A stretch of DNA of 64,000 nt. Source: Marsupella aquatica. Lineage: Eukaryota > Plantae > Marchantiophyta. Positions within the stretch are counted from its first letter, which is position 1. Every line of letters starts with the position of its first letter. The notes beneath the pieces were generated by a model. That model had not been told where the DNA came from, ran no database searches, and worked only from the letters and a program-made list of their open reading frames with translations. Where the stretch lies: contig OZ316892.1 of NCBI GenBank assembly GCA_973895155.1, forward strand, positions 18,218,357-18,282,356, written 5' to 3'. This document shows positions 48,901 through 61,480 of the stretch, in pieces. Both the position numbers and the translations under genes were made by a program.

Positions 48901-51683
48901 CGAAGCTTGAGGTCGTTGTTGTATCGATAAGTGAGGCTTGGCCCTTGGATTTGGCTGAGCGGACTGGACTGTGGAATACTATAAATGGAAGTGAACTACC
49001 GGTAGTTCTCATGTGACACATTTCAAGCCTACTGTTCAAGGCTACTGTTCAGCTCCTATAATTTGACAGATGTATTTTTTGTACTTTCCTTTTGTAACTC
49101 AAGTTCGAAGATATTTATTTATGTTCTTCAGATGATCTACGTTAGGAGACGATCACTAGACAGGAAGCCTGTATAAATAGTTGTATCTCTCTGGCCCAAG
49201 TTGAGGGTTGATTTGCCCCTTCGCAGGCTCAGAGGGAGAACGATATGTATCTTCGTGAGACTAGTTCCTTTGCTTTTTCAGGGAACGATATTTGTCTTGT
49301 TGCCTGGAGGTGAGTTCTTCCAACCATCTGACAGTCGTTCGTGCACCGGTGTATGCAGAGTTGCTTACCTTCTACAAATTCCCAGGGGATGATATACCGA
49401 TAATAAGAGGATCCGCCTTGTCAGCTCTTCAAGGTACTAATGAGGAGCTGGGAAAGAAATCTATTTTGAAATTGATGGAGGCAGTTGATCAGTATATTCC
49501 TGAACCTCAACGCTCCTTGGATAAGCCGTTTTTACTACCAATCGAGGATGTCTTCTCCATACAGGTATGATGAGCAGTCGGTGCTCATTTGTGTGCCAAA
49601 CTTCTGTGTCGCTGCTTGCTGTGGTCAGTAGCAGAGCCTTCTGACACGGGCTTTTGGGAGCATTCTCTTTATTAAAATACCGCAGTCCTATTCTCGGGTC
49701 TAGGGGGACGGACATAATGCAGTAGAGTTGTGGCTCTAATAAAATTTCTCTCGGTCATGGAATTCATCAGGGTCGTGGAACCGTCGTCACCGGTCGGATT
49801 GAGCAGGGCATTGTCAAAGTTGGTGATGAAGTGGAGATTGTGGGCCTGAAACAGGTGCGCTTTCCTTGCATCATTGGTCCAGATGCTCGTAGTCCTTTGA
49901 AATTGCGTTGGTACAATCCAGGATGCTGTTGATACGTGACTTGTAGACCACAACTTCCGCATTAAAAATCAATGCTACTTGTTCGAGGCCTGACGAAGAG
50001 CATACCTCGTGCGAATTATGCAGGGACCAGGATATAAGACTATTGTCACTGGGGTGGAGATGTTTAAAAAACAACTTGACCAAGGCCAGGTAACTCTCTG
50101 GGATCGCAGGAGCTGCATGGTAGTAGTGCTAGTGAGATGAATTCATCAAGCATGTTTGGAGCTGTTGTTCTAGCCTTTCGTTTTCCTTTCCTTTCCTTAG
50201 CTCTTCCCTCCTCTGCACTCTGCTCCCTGCGTTGTGCTGTCGTACGCTACATCCTGTTGTGATTTCTCAGTGCAAGTCCTGTCGTTTGTCTGTTTCGTTT
50301 TGTCAGGCCGTTTTTGACGTGACTGTTGAAAATTGACTTCAGGCCGGGGACAATGTGGGTCTACTAATGAGGGGACTGAAACGAGAAGATGTACAAAGAG
50401 GGCAGGTACGGAAAATTTCTGCGTGTATCGTAGTGTCTTATACTTCATTCCCTTCTGTAGCCTAGGTGCTTTTTTTTATGATCACACCTGGCCATTTTCA
50501 ATCTTCTTGCAAACAAACCAGAATTATATTTCCAAGCCGTTATGTCGTAATTGACTGGAAACGTTAGAAGTGGAATTAGAGATGCAGTCATTTCATTGTT
50601 GCACATAAATGCTGTACTTCAATCACCAGTTAAAGAATTTCTTTAATGGCAGAAGTTATTCTCTTAGAATGAGTCATGGGTGCAAGATCTTGTACACATG
50701 TGGCGAATTACTCTTCCATCGTTGGTCTGATCATCAAAAACGAAGGGAGCTCAGTTTCTTTAGAATAAACGTTTGGCTAGTCTTTGGAAATACTGCAGCT
50801 TATGGTGAACTCTTATAAGAATCGTCTTTAAAAAATGTCTGTCGATTGGTAACCAGTGTATGACACTCATGCTTTCGGTTCCGTCGAAGTGTGCATGCAT
50901 GCATTCTCCTTAAGAGATCATATTGCATCAATGAGGTTTATATTCAAGGTCCCCTATAAAGGCAGAAGTTAACATAAAAGCAAAAGGAATCAGCAACTTG
51001 CTGTAGATGTTCACCTCGGAAATTGGGTTATTGGAATCGTACAGGTGGCGTGCAAGCCAGGGACGGTGAAGACTTCTCAAAAATTTGAGGCGGAGATTTA
51101 CGTCCTTACTAAAGAGGAAGGAGGTCGCCATACTGCTTTCTTCTCAAACTACCGGCCACAATTCTACTTGCGAACAGCAGACGTGACGGGGAAAGTTGAG
51201 CTGCCAGAAAACATCAAGATGGTGATGCCTGGTGACAACATTACTGCGCAATTTGAGCTCATTACTCCTGTGCCATTGGATGCTGGTAAAGATTCCTTTT
51301 CATCCTGGGCTCGCTTTGAAAAACTACATTGGAGATCATAGGGGCGGAAGTTTTGTGGGAAGAACTTAGTTTCTTGATGGGGAGTGATCTGCGTTCCATT
51401 TTGGGGCTGTTATTGTTTTCCCTGAAGTACGATTCGTGGCCTTGACGTGGGAGTTGCCAGTCGAGCTGCAGGACCTAGAATGGGACATTTTGCTCTCAAA
51501 GCTGGTTCGTTGTGTACTGCAAGATGAATTGTTACACTCGCCATGTATCGTGATGTAATTTCTTTGGACTTTTCTGCCAAAACACCTAAAGTTCATTGCA
51601 AATATGCAGGACAACGATTTGCCCTAAGGGAAGGAGGAAGGACAGTTGGAGCAGGAGTCGTTTCAAAAGTGTTGCCATCATGA
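45972..51683 (+). CDS. TUFM: Mitochondrial translation elongation factor Tu, 12 exons: 45972-46183, 46804-46879, 47159-47251, 47411-47485, 47991-48095, 48308-48398, 49359-49564, 49771-49854, 50024-50089, 50343-50405, 51045-51285, 51610-51683 (461 aa)
   Basis: [63 protein letters not shown]; presequence-like N-terminus ending [11 protein letters not shown]; all introns GT-AG and in frame. The intron-rich structure and presequence favour the mitochondrial over the plastid form. Confidence 0.96.
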
Positions 51684-54499
51684 TCCAAAAGTTTTTCTAA
51701 AACATCATTTTTGATCTTCTCTTTGTATTTGCATTGTGGCTTTGTCACCCATTGAGGTCATCAACCATTCATCGGCTCTAATGTAGTCTTGACGAGCTGG
51801 GCTTATGGATGATCTTCAAGTCTGTCTAGGTACATGTTACAATTTTGTTGAAGCCACTGAAAGTCTCTAGGTTTATATGATATCCCAGTCTGGATTGGGA
51901 TTTGATCCGCTGAATAGAGGTTGAGAGAAGGGGTTTAGGAGCATTTCTCCAACCCGAAAGAGCGTGATATGTTCAAGACATGTCTTGATAGGTTAACTTG
52001 GCTGCAATGTCTCGTAAGTTATGGGTGTATTGTTAGAGGTTCAGCTCTTGCTATGGCCTCAAGCTCATCGCTTTGTAGCCTCGTTTTCCTTCCATATATC
52101 AAGGTTTAGCACCCGCAGTGATTGATGGAGCTGAATTACAAAAAGCTGCAATTGTGTGGATCCGTCTTCTTTGCAATGCGCTGGAGATGGCAAGTATGAT
52201 TGCAATTTTGAGAGTAAGGAACTTTTCTGCCACTCAGGGAGATAGGAGACTGAAGTTTTTGCAAATCAGCTCCTGCAGGCCTGAGCATGACCTGAGGAAA
52301 ACTGAGCCCTAGGAAACAAGACAGCAGCTTACTGGTCTAACCAGAGGAGATTCTTTTCTGCAAACTAGATCACACCTTCACATTGTCCAGGATTCTAAGC
52401 AGGTGCAGTTTCCTGCCTAAAGCCCCAATTGGATTTTTCTTGATGTAAAGGTATTATGTTGGGGTCTAAGACTGCAAGGGTTACATCACCGGTTTTGTAT
52501 AATGTCGTTTGCGCTATATGCCAAGCATGCAAAAGTCCTAAAGTTTAGAACCTGAAGCTATAAGAGCTCTTTAAATGAAAATAAGAACAATTGAACCATC
52601 AAAATGAGGCTTGGATTTTTGGAGAAATGTACAGAAACGGATAATGACTCTGTGTTCTTATCGAAGCTTTCAGCAAGGCTCCAAGGGGATTATGTCTTTA
52701 AGGTCAAATTGAATGAGGTTCCAAGATTGTCACCTTCCTTCACAATTCTTGAGATGAGAGCAATGGGTAGCTCATCCTAGCTATGGGTCAAATCACTAGT
52801 CGTTCTATTGTTGCCCTCGTCAAGTTTCGCCTCTTATATTGGATTTTTCTTACTTCTGATTTTACTGGTTGAGATCTCACTGAAGGCCTTCGCACATCTA
52901 CATGGGACCCAAATAATTTCAGTCAAAAGTCCAAACCAAAACAATAGAAAGATTTTGCAGGTGGGATGGGTGAGGGGCGAACAGCATGGACCTCACAATA
53001 TTTCATTACAAAGTACAAACCAGAACAAGAGAAAAATTTGCTGGAGCGAAGGGTGAGGGGGGAGAAGCAGAGGAAATGGAAATTATATGGGAGCTTGGGT
53101 TCACCCACGTCCCGGGAAAAAAAGGAGGATGAAATTTTGGTGGTTGGATTTTTAAGGTCTTTGGAATATTGTTGGATCCTCCAGAGATATTGCCTTGAAA
53201 GTGTTGGATTTTTAAGGTCTTTGGCTAATGGATCCTCCAGAGATATTGCCTTGTGGCTATCCTCCCCTCATCTGCCCCGCCTAATCTTTTATTCTTCCTC
53301 CACGGGTATGCACTTGTGGTGCCCCCTGTCCTATGTTTCCCCGCCCAATCTTTTATTCTTCCTACATGGGTAAGCGCATACAGTGCCCTGGTCCTATGTT
53401 TCTTGTGGAATGTCCTGCAATTCCCTTTTCTAAACATGTGGGGTCCCATGTCTATTGGGGATGGTGCTCAAAAGCAAAGGGTCATAGATGGTCTGAGTTG
53501 GCAGGTTATTTTTCATTGTACATTGCATTTAGTTTTCAGTGTTATGACTATGTTTTGCTTTGACAACAGTTTTGCATATAAAATTAGGTGGATGACACTT
53601 CCTCCCCTCAACAACTTCCTTGCCTGGGCCCCACTTCCCGGCCCTGACTACTTAAGGCCCTTCACAGCACACATGATGTCACAACTTTTGTGCTTTGATG
53701 ACATGTCATTGCCTTGCCACTACCTTGTCTCACCCCTTGACATCTTCTGTGCAATGCACTTGTATGAACTACTTGTGTAGTAACTCTTTGTTTGCATTCT
53801 TGGTACCTTTCAAAAGCTCTTGAAAAGTTCTTTTAGATGACACCTGGAGGGTTTCTCAAACACTATAAAGTGTGTGAGAAATGTCTGAAATAGTTATCAG
53901 ATAGCACTATTTTAGACAAAATTTGCAGGTCTCATACTGAACTCACTTTTAACATGTTTTCTGATATTGATAGAAAGCTTATCTCGTCAGATTTCCAATG
54001 ATACCAGTTGAGAGAATAAGGTCAAAGACAAGACACCCAATGAAGGCCAAGTCAATACTGTACAATATATCATCTTGTATATCATAAACAGCATCAGGGC
54101 TCTACAGGACTGGGCATAGGAAGGCCAACATAGATACAGCTTGTCATCCACGAGTAGAGAAATTAGCAAGTTATCAGACAAAAAATTATCCTTTAGCAAA
54201 TGATAGCTAATGATAAGAGCCGCAAAGCATACATTGATCCATAAAAGGCATAGGAGAATAAGACCAAGTGTTTGGTAAGAAGCTGACATTACTACTTATT
54301 CAGATGTAAAATATGGAGGAAGTACAACTGGAGTCATTTATAAGATTGTGTATGCAGCAAAACCATAATGTCAAGCTTTATAACAGGCCATGTAAACATT
54401 AGCTAAAGGAAAGATCATAGCAAGTCATATTGCACAGATTTAGGAGTATCATAGAGGTACAAGTAGAGCTAGAGTATACATCCTACCTAGTTCTAAGGT

Positions 54500-56128
54500 G
54501 ACATTTCCTAAGCGGTGCCTCATATATACTGGTCAAACAGATTGAGGTGGACCATCAACTAAAACTAAAATGCAGCAAATACCAACTGCAGTACTACAGG
54601 TTGTCATTCAGCCCCTGTCCTCATGGAGAATCAAGCTTGAATGTAAAAAACAGATTCTTGCTATACATTTCTGCTACCATTTGAACCCAGGGGTAACCGG
54701 GGGATGTATATTAATTGTAGGCTAGCGATGTAATAGAATGAGAAAAGAACAGGGTATAAAAAACATTTATAGTAACTAAAATAAGTATTTGAGATCAAAA
54801 GTGTATCTTTGGTCCACATGCCATACAGTGTGGTGAAGCTTATGTGAAGTCAAAGTGGAAGAAGAAAGGTTGTGAATCAGACAATAGTAGAAATTTCAAA
54901 AGAACAAAAAGTAAAGAAACATGATAGCATTGGTGGCACGATTGATAAAATCAGATGCAAGAAGGTATTGTAGCCATGAGAAAATCCTCAAAGAGGAATC
55001 ATCAAAGCAGAGCACAGGATAACTACTCATAAGCATAAGGTACATTGGCTAAGAAGGGATCATCAAGAGTGGGCATAGTATGTGACCCCGTGAGTTTTTG
55101 ACAGTCACTAAGATATGAAAGATAAAACATTGTAACTAAGATGAGGTAAGCAAGTGCTGTTGGGAAATGGAGGGGGGATGAGGCCATGACTAGTTTAGGG
55201 CCCTACGCCAAGGTAGTGGTTCATTAGTGGTTAGTTAGAAGGGTTTAATTAGAAAAGCTTCAACCTGATGTATAAGAGCCATTTGTAGTCAACTCAAGTA
55301 GGGAGGATCCAAATTTGTTATACAGTGCCAGAAAAGTCCTCACACAGTCAGCAAGTGTTGAGCCAGTACTTTGTCACAAGCATGTGGTCATGAAGGACAC
55401 CAAGCATGTGCAAAGTGTGTGAGGAGTGTGTGTGTTGAATCCTTAGATGGTGCTATGTTTTATCTCTCAAGAGGCCAACAACAGTAGTGGGGCAATCTTT
55501 GCAATGAGTAGTGTATAACAAGACTTTGGCCAAACACAAACTAGTGGTATGTAGTAAGAGGCTGGCTGCCACACAGGCAAAATCACACACGGCATAAGAA
55601 GGGATATAATACCATTTTTAAGGCAGTCATCCATTGGACCAGGATGCCTGCCAGGATGTGCCACAAGTTTATCATAAATAGTTTGTTTTAGACCTATGTT
55701 TGTTGTTATTGTTATGGGTCTTGATATGTAGTTCTAAGTATTTATACATAGTATAAATATTTTTGGACCTTTTTACAAATGAATACAATACTACTTATGA
55801 AAGGTCTATGTACAAGACAAGATGGTATCCTTCTATGGCATGATATCTAGTCGTGTTGACCCATCAATTTGTCCAGAGAGATCTTAATATCCACAAGTGG
55901 ATACAAATAAATACCCTGCAATAGATCAGGACTCCCAATGAGTTATGCCGTTGCTCACCCCAGGTGTAAAGTGTAACAGAAAAAAACAGGTGCAGAACGT
56001 AGCAGTGAGGAGAGAATGTGCCAGTAAAATAGTGTAGTGAAAGAGCGCCAGAGCATATAGTAAGTACTGTGTGCAAACCTAAAGTGCAGAGAATAAAGTG
56101 TTGTGGTGTGCAGAGTTGCAGAGAGTAC

Positions 56129-56168
<40 letters not shown>

Positions 56169-59100
56169 ATAGAGATGCACATTGTTTGCTTGTGGTTCCA
56201 AGCATGTCAGTAGTATGAGATTGTTGAGTAGTGCGTATGCTTGTGTTGTGAGAAGAATATATGTATGAAAATTTGTGAAGGGTTTGTTTTTAGGGTAGCC
56301 GCCACTTAGGTTTAGGTGGGTCATCACTTTTTAGGGAATTTTAGATCGGACGGTTCATATTATGTTATACGGCTGATACTAGATTACATGCGTATGGTGT
56401 TACTTATGTTTATGTACATAGTATTTTAGTGTGTTATCTTAGTGTGTATATGGTTTGTTTTATATATACTGCTTGTTTTATATTTATTTCTTACATTGGG
56501 TCACTTCGAGATGTAGAGAGAGATGTAATTTATATTTTTGAAACACACAGTCAAGGCCATTAACCAAGCAAAGTGTTCATAAGATACAAACGAGCCATTA
56601 CATCACTATGAAAATTGTGGGGCAGAGTTTTTATACAGATATCCACCTTACCATTCATATCCAGGTAGTCTACACAGTAAAGCACATTATATCATGACTG
56701 GGAATGGAGCGGCACATGTCTTATGAGGACAGGAAATAACAAAAGCATATAAAAGTTAGAGATCTCGTTGGGAAGCACTTCCTTGATGTATAGTGACCTT
56801 TTCTGTTCTTATTCGTGTACATGCATACTGCGCTATTGTGGGGGTCCAGGGGAACAATAAAAATATTCCAGACATTCTAATTAGCAACGCCTACATTTTC
56901 TAGAAAAGCATCTATCCCCTGTATCATAAACATAAAGCAATCTCATGGAGTATTGGCTTGTCTGTCCCGGTTGTTTCATGTGAATATCTTTGTTATAAAA
57001 AGCACCACCAAGGCCCACATTAGTAAGACAGAGCATACAGGATGAGCATATTAGTGTTTCTTCTAAAAGCCCTTATATAGAAATAAGTGCAGCGTCCAAG
57101 CGGTGCATCAATACTGTGACTCAATCAAGATGAAGTGGACCCTCATCCAGAGTGAAAAAATGGGTGAGACAACCCATAATGCTCCCATAAGGTAGTTTTT
57201 CAGCCCACATCCTTAGGGTGAACCAAGTTCCAAACTGTGATTCATGCTACACATTTCTGCTGCCAGTAGCCGCGGCGGCAAGACGTGTATTGACTCTGGG
57301 CTAGCAATGGAACGAGACATAAAAATTGCTAAAAACAAAGGTTGGGTGCAGCTGCCATACCTGTTGGGGCCGTGCCATGAGAAAATGGTGCAAAGTCCTG
57401 GTGCAGTTGTAGCTATGTTCCTTCCCACGGTGGTGAATGCTGACTTCAAAATGTACACGGGCTCCCTTGTGACAATGTGCGATCCCTGACTATGGACTGC
57501 TATCTCACTGGTCATGAAAAATCTAGGAGACAGAGTTTGTGCCAGCAAGCCAGACACTGACTATCAAAATAGTGTAGCGCATGCTTGAACTTTTCAGGAA
57601 TACCAAAAGCTTCATAGAGTGTGGTGGACACTGGGGTTCTTGGGGTTCTTACGGCATATAACTTTATGCAGGTAGCAGGTGGGGACCCCAAGGCCAAACT
57701 TGTAGGTTTAAGAAAATGATGCTTAATTTTTAGGGTAGCCATCAGGTGGGTGGCAGGTCAAGGGCAGTTGCAACTGTTTAAAGAATAATGGAGTACAGTA
57801 GTTTATGCTGACATACATTGGTATTTTCTATTGAATGTTTGTTGTATTCTATGTATGGGGTAACCATTTTTGTATTATATAATCAACATTACATAAAAGG
57901 GACTTTATGTGCCTAGTGGTTGTATGGCAGCAGAGAGAGAGAGATAATTTCATAAGAAGAACACCCATTCAAGGCCATTGTCAAGTCTGGACTAAGTCAT
58001 AGCAGGCATAGGCAGAGTCTATACAGCGTCGAGTATGGTAACGAGTTGTGCCTCTTTAAATACTCACATACCAAGTCATTCACCTGATCTAGTTAAGCCA
58101 TCGATCGACACTTATCTTGAGTTAGTCATGAATTGCGAACACAGACATATCAAAGTCTTAGTTATACACTCAGGGATCAGTATGGTCATTAAAAACGACG
58201 ATCATACAATCTAGGTAGCGGTGCAGTCATTAGTCAAGCAGGCTTATGTCGTAACTGCGAAAAGTAAGAGTAACAATCCTTGTAATAAATAGCTAGGTAT
58301 TAAATGTATATGTGCTGTCGTAGTTCACTCTATGTTTTGAAGTTGCAACAGAACGTTTCTATTGACATGCGGTGAGTATCTATGGGGCTATTTAGAAGGT
58401 AGAAGCGATTGCAGTGTAAGTGGTTGGAGCAGTCGTAGGCGCATTCTCGGGGCATACAGTACATTATTTGAGTGTCGGCACTCAAATGAAAACATTCACA
58501 TTGAGACATAGTGGTTAGTAACGAACACACATAGAGAGATTAGTATCGCTAGAAAAGAGTGTTCTCCCGGTTGCAGCCAGGACGTCTATGCGGTGCATCA
58601 ACATAACTAGTCATGCTGTGTGAAGTGGACCATCAACTAATGTCGGAATGCAGGAGACGTAGTCTGCATCACAGACCCCAAGGTCGTCTTTCAGCCCCCG
58701 TCCCTGGGGCGGGATCAAAAATCAATTTCATTCAATCCCTGTTTCCATGTTTCTGCTACCAAAAGCCGCGGCGGTAACGGGGAGACATGAACCAACATTA
58801 GGCTAGCTGGTATTGTCTATGGAAAAAACGTTTAATCATTCATAAAAATGATAAAAAATGAGGTTTGGTTGCACATACCTGTCCTGCACGAGCCATGATG
58901 GAAATTGTGGCGATGCAGTAGTGGGCAGCCTATGCAGATTGTCAGTTTGCACTAGTGTAGCTGCTTCAATCTTCTGAATAATGTGTAAACTGGACTGCGC
59001 TGCTGTCGTGAGACAGCCTGTGGAGATTGGCAATGTGTAGTTGAAAAAATGTATGCACGACTGATTGTTCGAGTTGGGGCATAGGTTTTAGTTGGAAGGT

Positions 59101-59200
59101 AGGCCATAGAGGAGGGGGTAAGTTAGGGTCACCGCCAGTAGGGCTGGCGCTAAGTATTGCTGGGCTACCCTATCTCAGGATGGTGATCGTAAGGTGGTAA
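54500..59200. repeat. Ancient diverged tandem array (period about 1.4-1.5 kb in the right part) with a conserved core of about 210 bp
   Basis: Core gcggtgc.tca...tga.gtggacc.tca...ttcagccc...tttctgct.cca...ggctagc at about 54511-54726, 57100-57306 and 58590-58807; ttttagggtagcc at about 56287 and 57727; tcaaggccatt at about 56551 and 57969. Confidence 0.65.
56132..56165 (+). repeat. (GA)n microsatellite
   Basis: Direct observation. Confidence 0.97.
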
Positions 59201-59397
59201 TGCATTCCATGTGGTTGAGAAAAAAATACATAATTTACCGTTTATAGACCATACATAGGTATTACATGTGTAATGTATTATAATTGGTGGGTGTTACACA
59301 TGTCAGAAGGATGTCAATGGCGTTTCTAGGGATTACATATCACTAGTCATACATATACTTACTTATTTATTTATATATATATACTGTCGCAACGTAT

Positions 59398-59400
<3 letters not shown>

Positions 59401-59456
<56 letters not shown>
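59401..59456 (+). repeat. (GA)n microsatellite
   Basis: Direct observation. Confidence 0.97.
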
Positions 59457-59458
<2 letters not shown>

Positions 59459-59606
59459 ACCCAAATATACTACTTCAGCTACATATCACAGCTACTCTAC
59501 ATGCTATCACCTATCCATAGAAACTATCTTCTTATACACTAATCCATCCAATCCATTCGAATCCACTTTGTTGTATTGTAACAAACTGAGCTACAGATCA
59601 ACACTG

Positions 59607-60347
59607 ATTCTTTTTATGACTGCGTTTCGGGAGCCATTCGGAGACACGGAAGGAAACCGGGACCTGTGGTACTGATCACTGAAATGTGCCTCAGTATCTG
59701 GAAGGAGAGAAATGCTCACACTTACTCAAAATTTCTTGGAAGACTGCCGGGATTGGTGGTGCTAAGATAAACAGAGAAACACTTGCAAGCAATGCTTGAT
59801 GTCTGTATTTCAGGGAAGAAAAGGAATCACCCGTGTAAAGCTATTGGTCAACTCCATACGGTGTTGAAACCCTGGGAGGCTACTGAAAACCCGATATCAC
59901 TGAACTGAGATGACATTGATGATTGACGAACACAATTACTACTTTTGGATGGCGCACATTGATTGCGACTTGCCTTCGGACAACAACCAAGAGACCGGGA
60001 TCTGCAGGTGTAATTCTAGGTACCAGGACACCAGAAGTTGCAATAGAGTACAGGAGTCACAATTTTGAGAAAACCCAGGAAATCAGTGGCAAGTCTAAGG
60101 AGAGGTTAGATAGGAGGTATAGCTCACTGATTAGGATGCTCTCCTTGGCCACCATTAGGATGACCATGAAGTGGCTTTTCTAGGCGGCCTGGCCCGACTA
60201 GGGCGGGTGGCTCCTGGTCAGTCGGCTCTCGGGCTCTCGGCTCTCGGCGCTCGGCCGTTTGTTTCTTCCTGGGGTGGCTTTCGTCCCCTGGTGTTTTTGG
60301 TGGCCTTGCGCCTTAAAAAAAAAACCAAAAAAAACTCAAAAAACAAA
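59607..60347 (+). mobile_element. 5'-truncated L1-type LINE fragment (ORF2 C-terminus, 3' UTR, A-rich tail)
   Basis: LITEMCLSIWKERNAH (plant L1 ORF2 C-terminal IW.ERN motif, 59696-59713); A-rich tail 60315-60347; possible decayed TSD acaaactga..acagat at about 59581 and 60343. Confidence 0.7.
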
Positions 60348-60388
60348 CTGAAAGCACAGATTTTTAATGTAATGTCTCTGGAGTCCAA

Positions 60389-61100
60389 GGGAGTTCATAT
60401 TCTCAGGTGTGGACACTAGAGTGACCGGACTAAGACTCATGATAACATTTGGGATGTGATGGCGGCCATTGCCCTAGACTCAGGATACCATGTTGATATG
60501 GAGCAGCTACACATGCTTGCCCCCGGGATGATATTCCTGACAAGCAACAGGCTGATTAAGTATTTCCTAGGGCAGGAGTTCATGCCCTAGGCAATGTAGT
60601 TGCCAATTGTACCGGTGGAGCAATGTTGCCGTTGCTATCCTTGTCCCTGGCCATGTTGCAACCAAGGCAGCCTGGCTCAAGGAGGAGGCCTATGCAGCTT
60701 GTTACTTTGGGGATCTATTCTACCCTTTTGCTTTGGAGGTCTGTGTAGCTCTCTAGCCTAGTGCACAATCTTACACCTAGTTTCTGAACTCCTTGTCCTT
60801 TTCACATAGAGGGTGTCCATTGCACTTCATAGGACTCTGGCTTTCACTATTAGTCTTAGAACTGGGGCACCTGGTTTTAGGGTCGCTAGACAAATTACTC
60901 TTTGTGACACTCTTATGAGATTTACTCCATAGCTCTACCACTTTTCACTTTTCTGCCAAGTATGGTTTTAGTTTTCTTTTCTACTTAGTGGGTTTTTTTG
61001 TTCATTTTGTTGTTGTTGTTGGGGACTTAGGGGCTTCTTGGGCCTCTTTGGTCTTCTTGGGATCTTTCCCTTTCATCTTCCCAAGTTCGCCCCTATATTG
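60389..61100 (+). mobile_element. Degenerate 3' part of a CRE-clade (restriction-like endonuclease) non-LTR retrotransposon
   Basis: GVHILRCGH*SDRTKTHDNIWDVMAAIALDSGYHVDMEQLHML, then AD*VF...HALGNVV, KAAWLKEEAY...DLFYPFALEV, RVSIALHR: the end of the zinc knuckle, an RHD-like motif and the endonuclease layout recalled for CRE elements. Confidence 0.7.
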
Positions 61101-61480
61101 GGTCTTTTGCCTTTGGGATCTTGTCTCCGGGTTTGGCACTGTTGTTCTCTGGGAGCCTGAGAAACACATATAGGTAATGTTTTATAATGTTTCCAGTCAT
61201 TTACCCAGATAGTATGAGTAAAACGTTTGGGATTGAGGTTCCCATCCAAGGTTTTAGCTCTTTGGGTTTTGGGTTTTGGGTTTAGACAAGTCTCCTCCAT
61301 TCATGTGCTAGACCCAACAACGAGCACACAGAAATGACCAGAGGACAGCCCCGACATTGACAGAATTTCATGGAGGTCATGAGTATGCGTTTGTAGTGTA
61401 GGGTGTAGCAAAGCACGGAGGGCGAAAGCATTCAGGAGCTTTTGTATTGATTTGAGTTGATTGATTGTTGATGGGCGGGC

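Noticed and set aside
45972-51683. Plastid tufA or bacterial contamination
   Set aside because: Eleven spliceosomal introns and a presequence indicate a nuclear gene for mitochondrial EF-Tu
52966-53780. 135-aa and 175-aa ORFs downstream of EF-Tu
   Set aside because: They span small tandem duplications (about 53145-53250 and 53270-53370) and show no recognisable motifs
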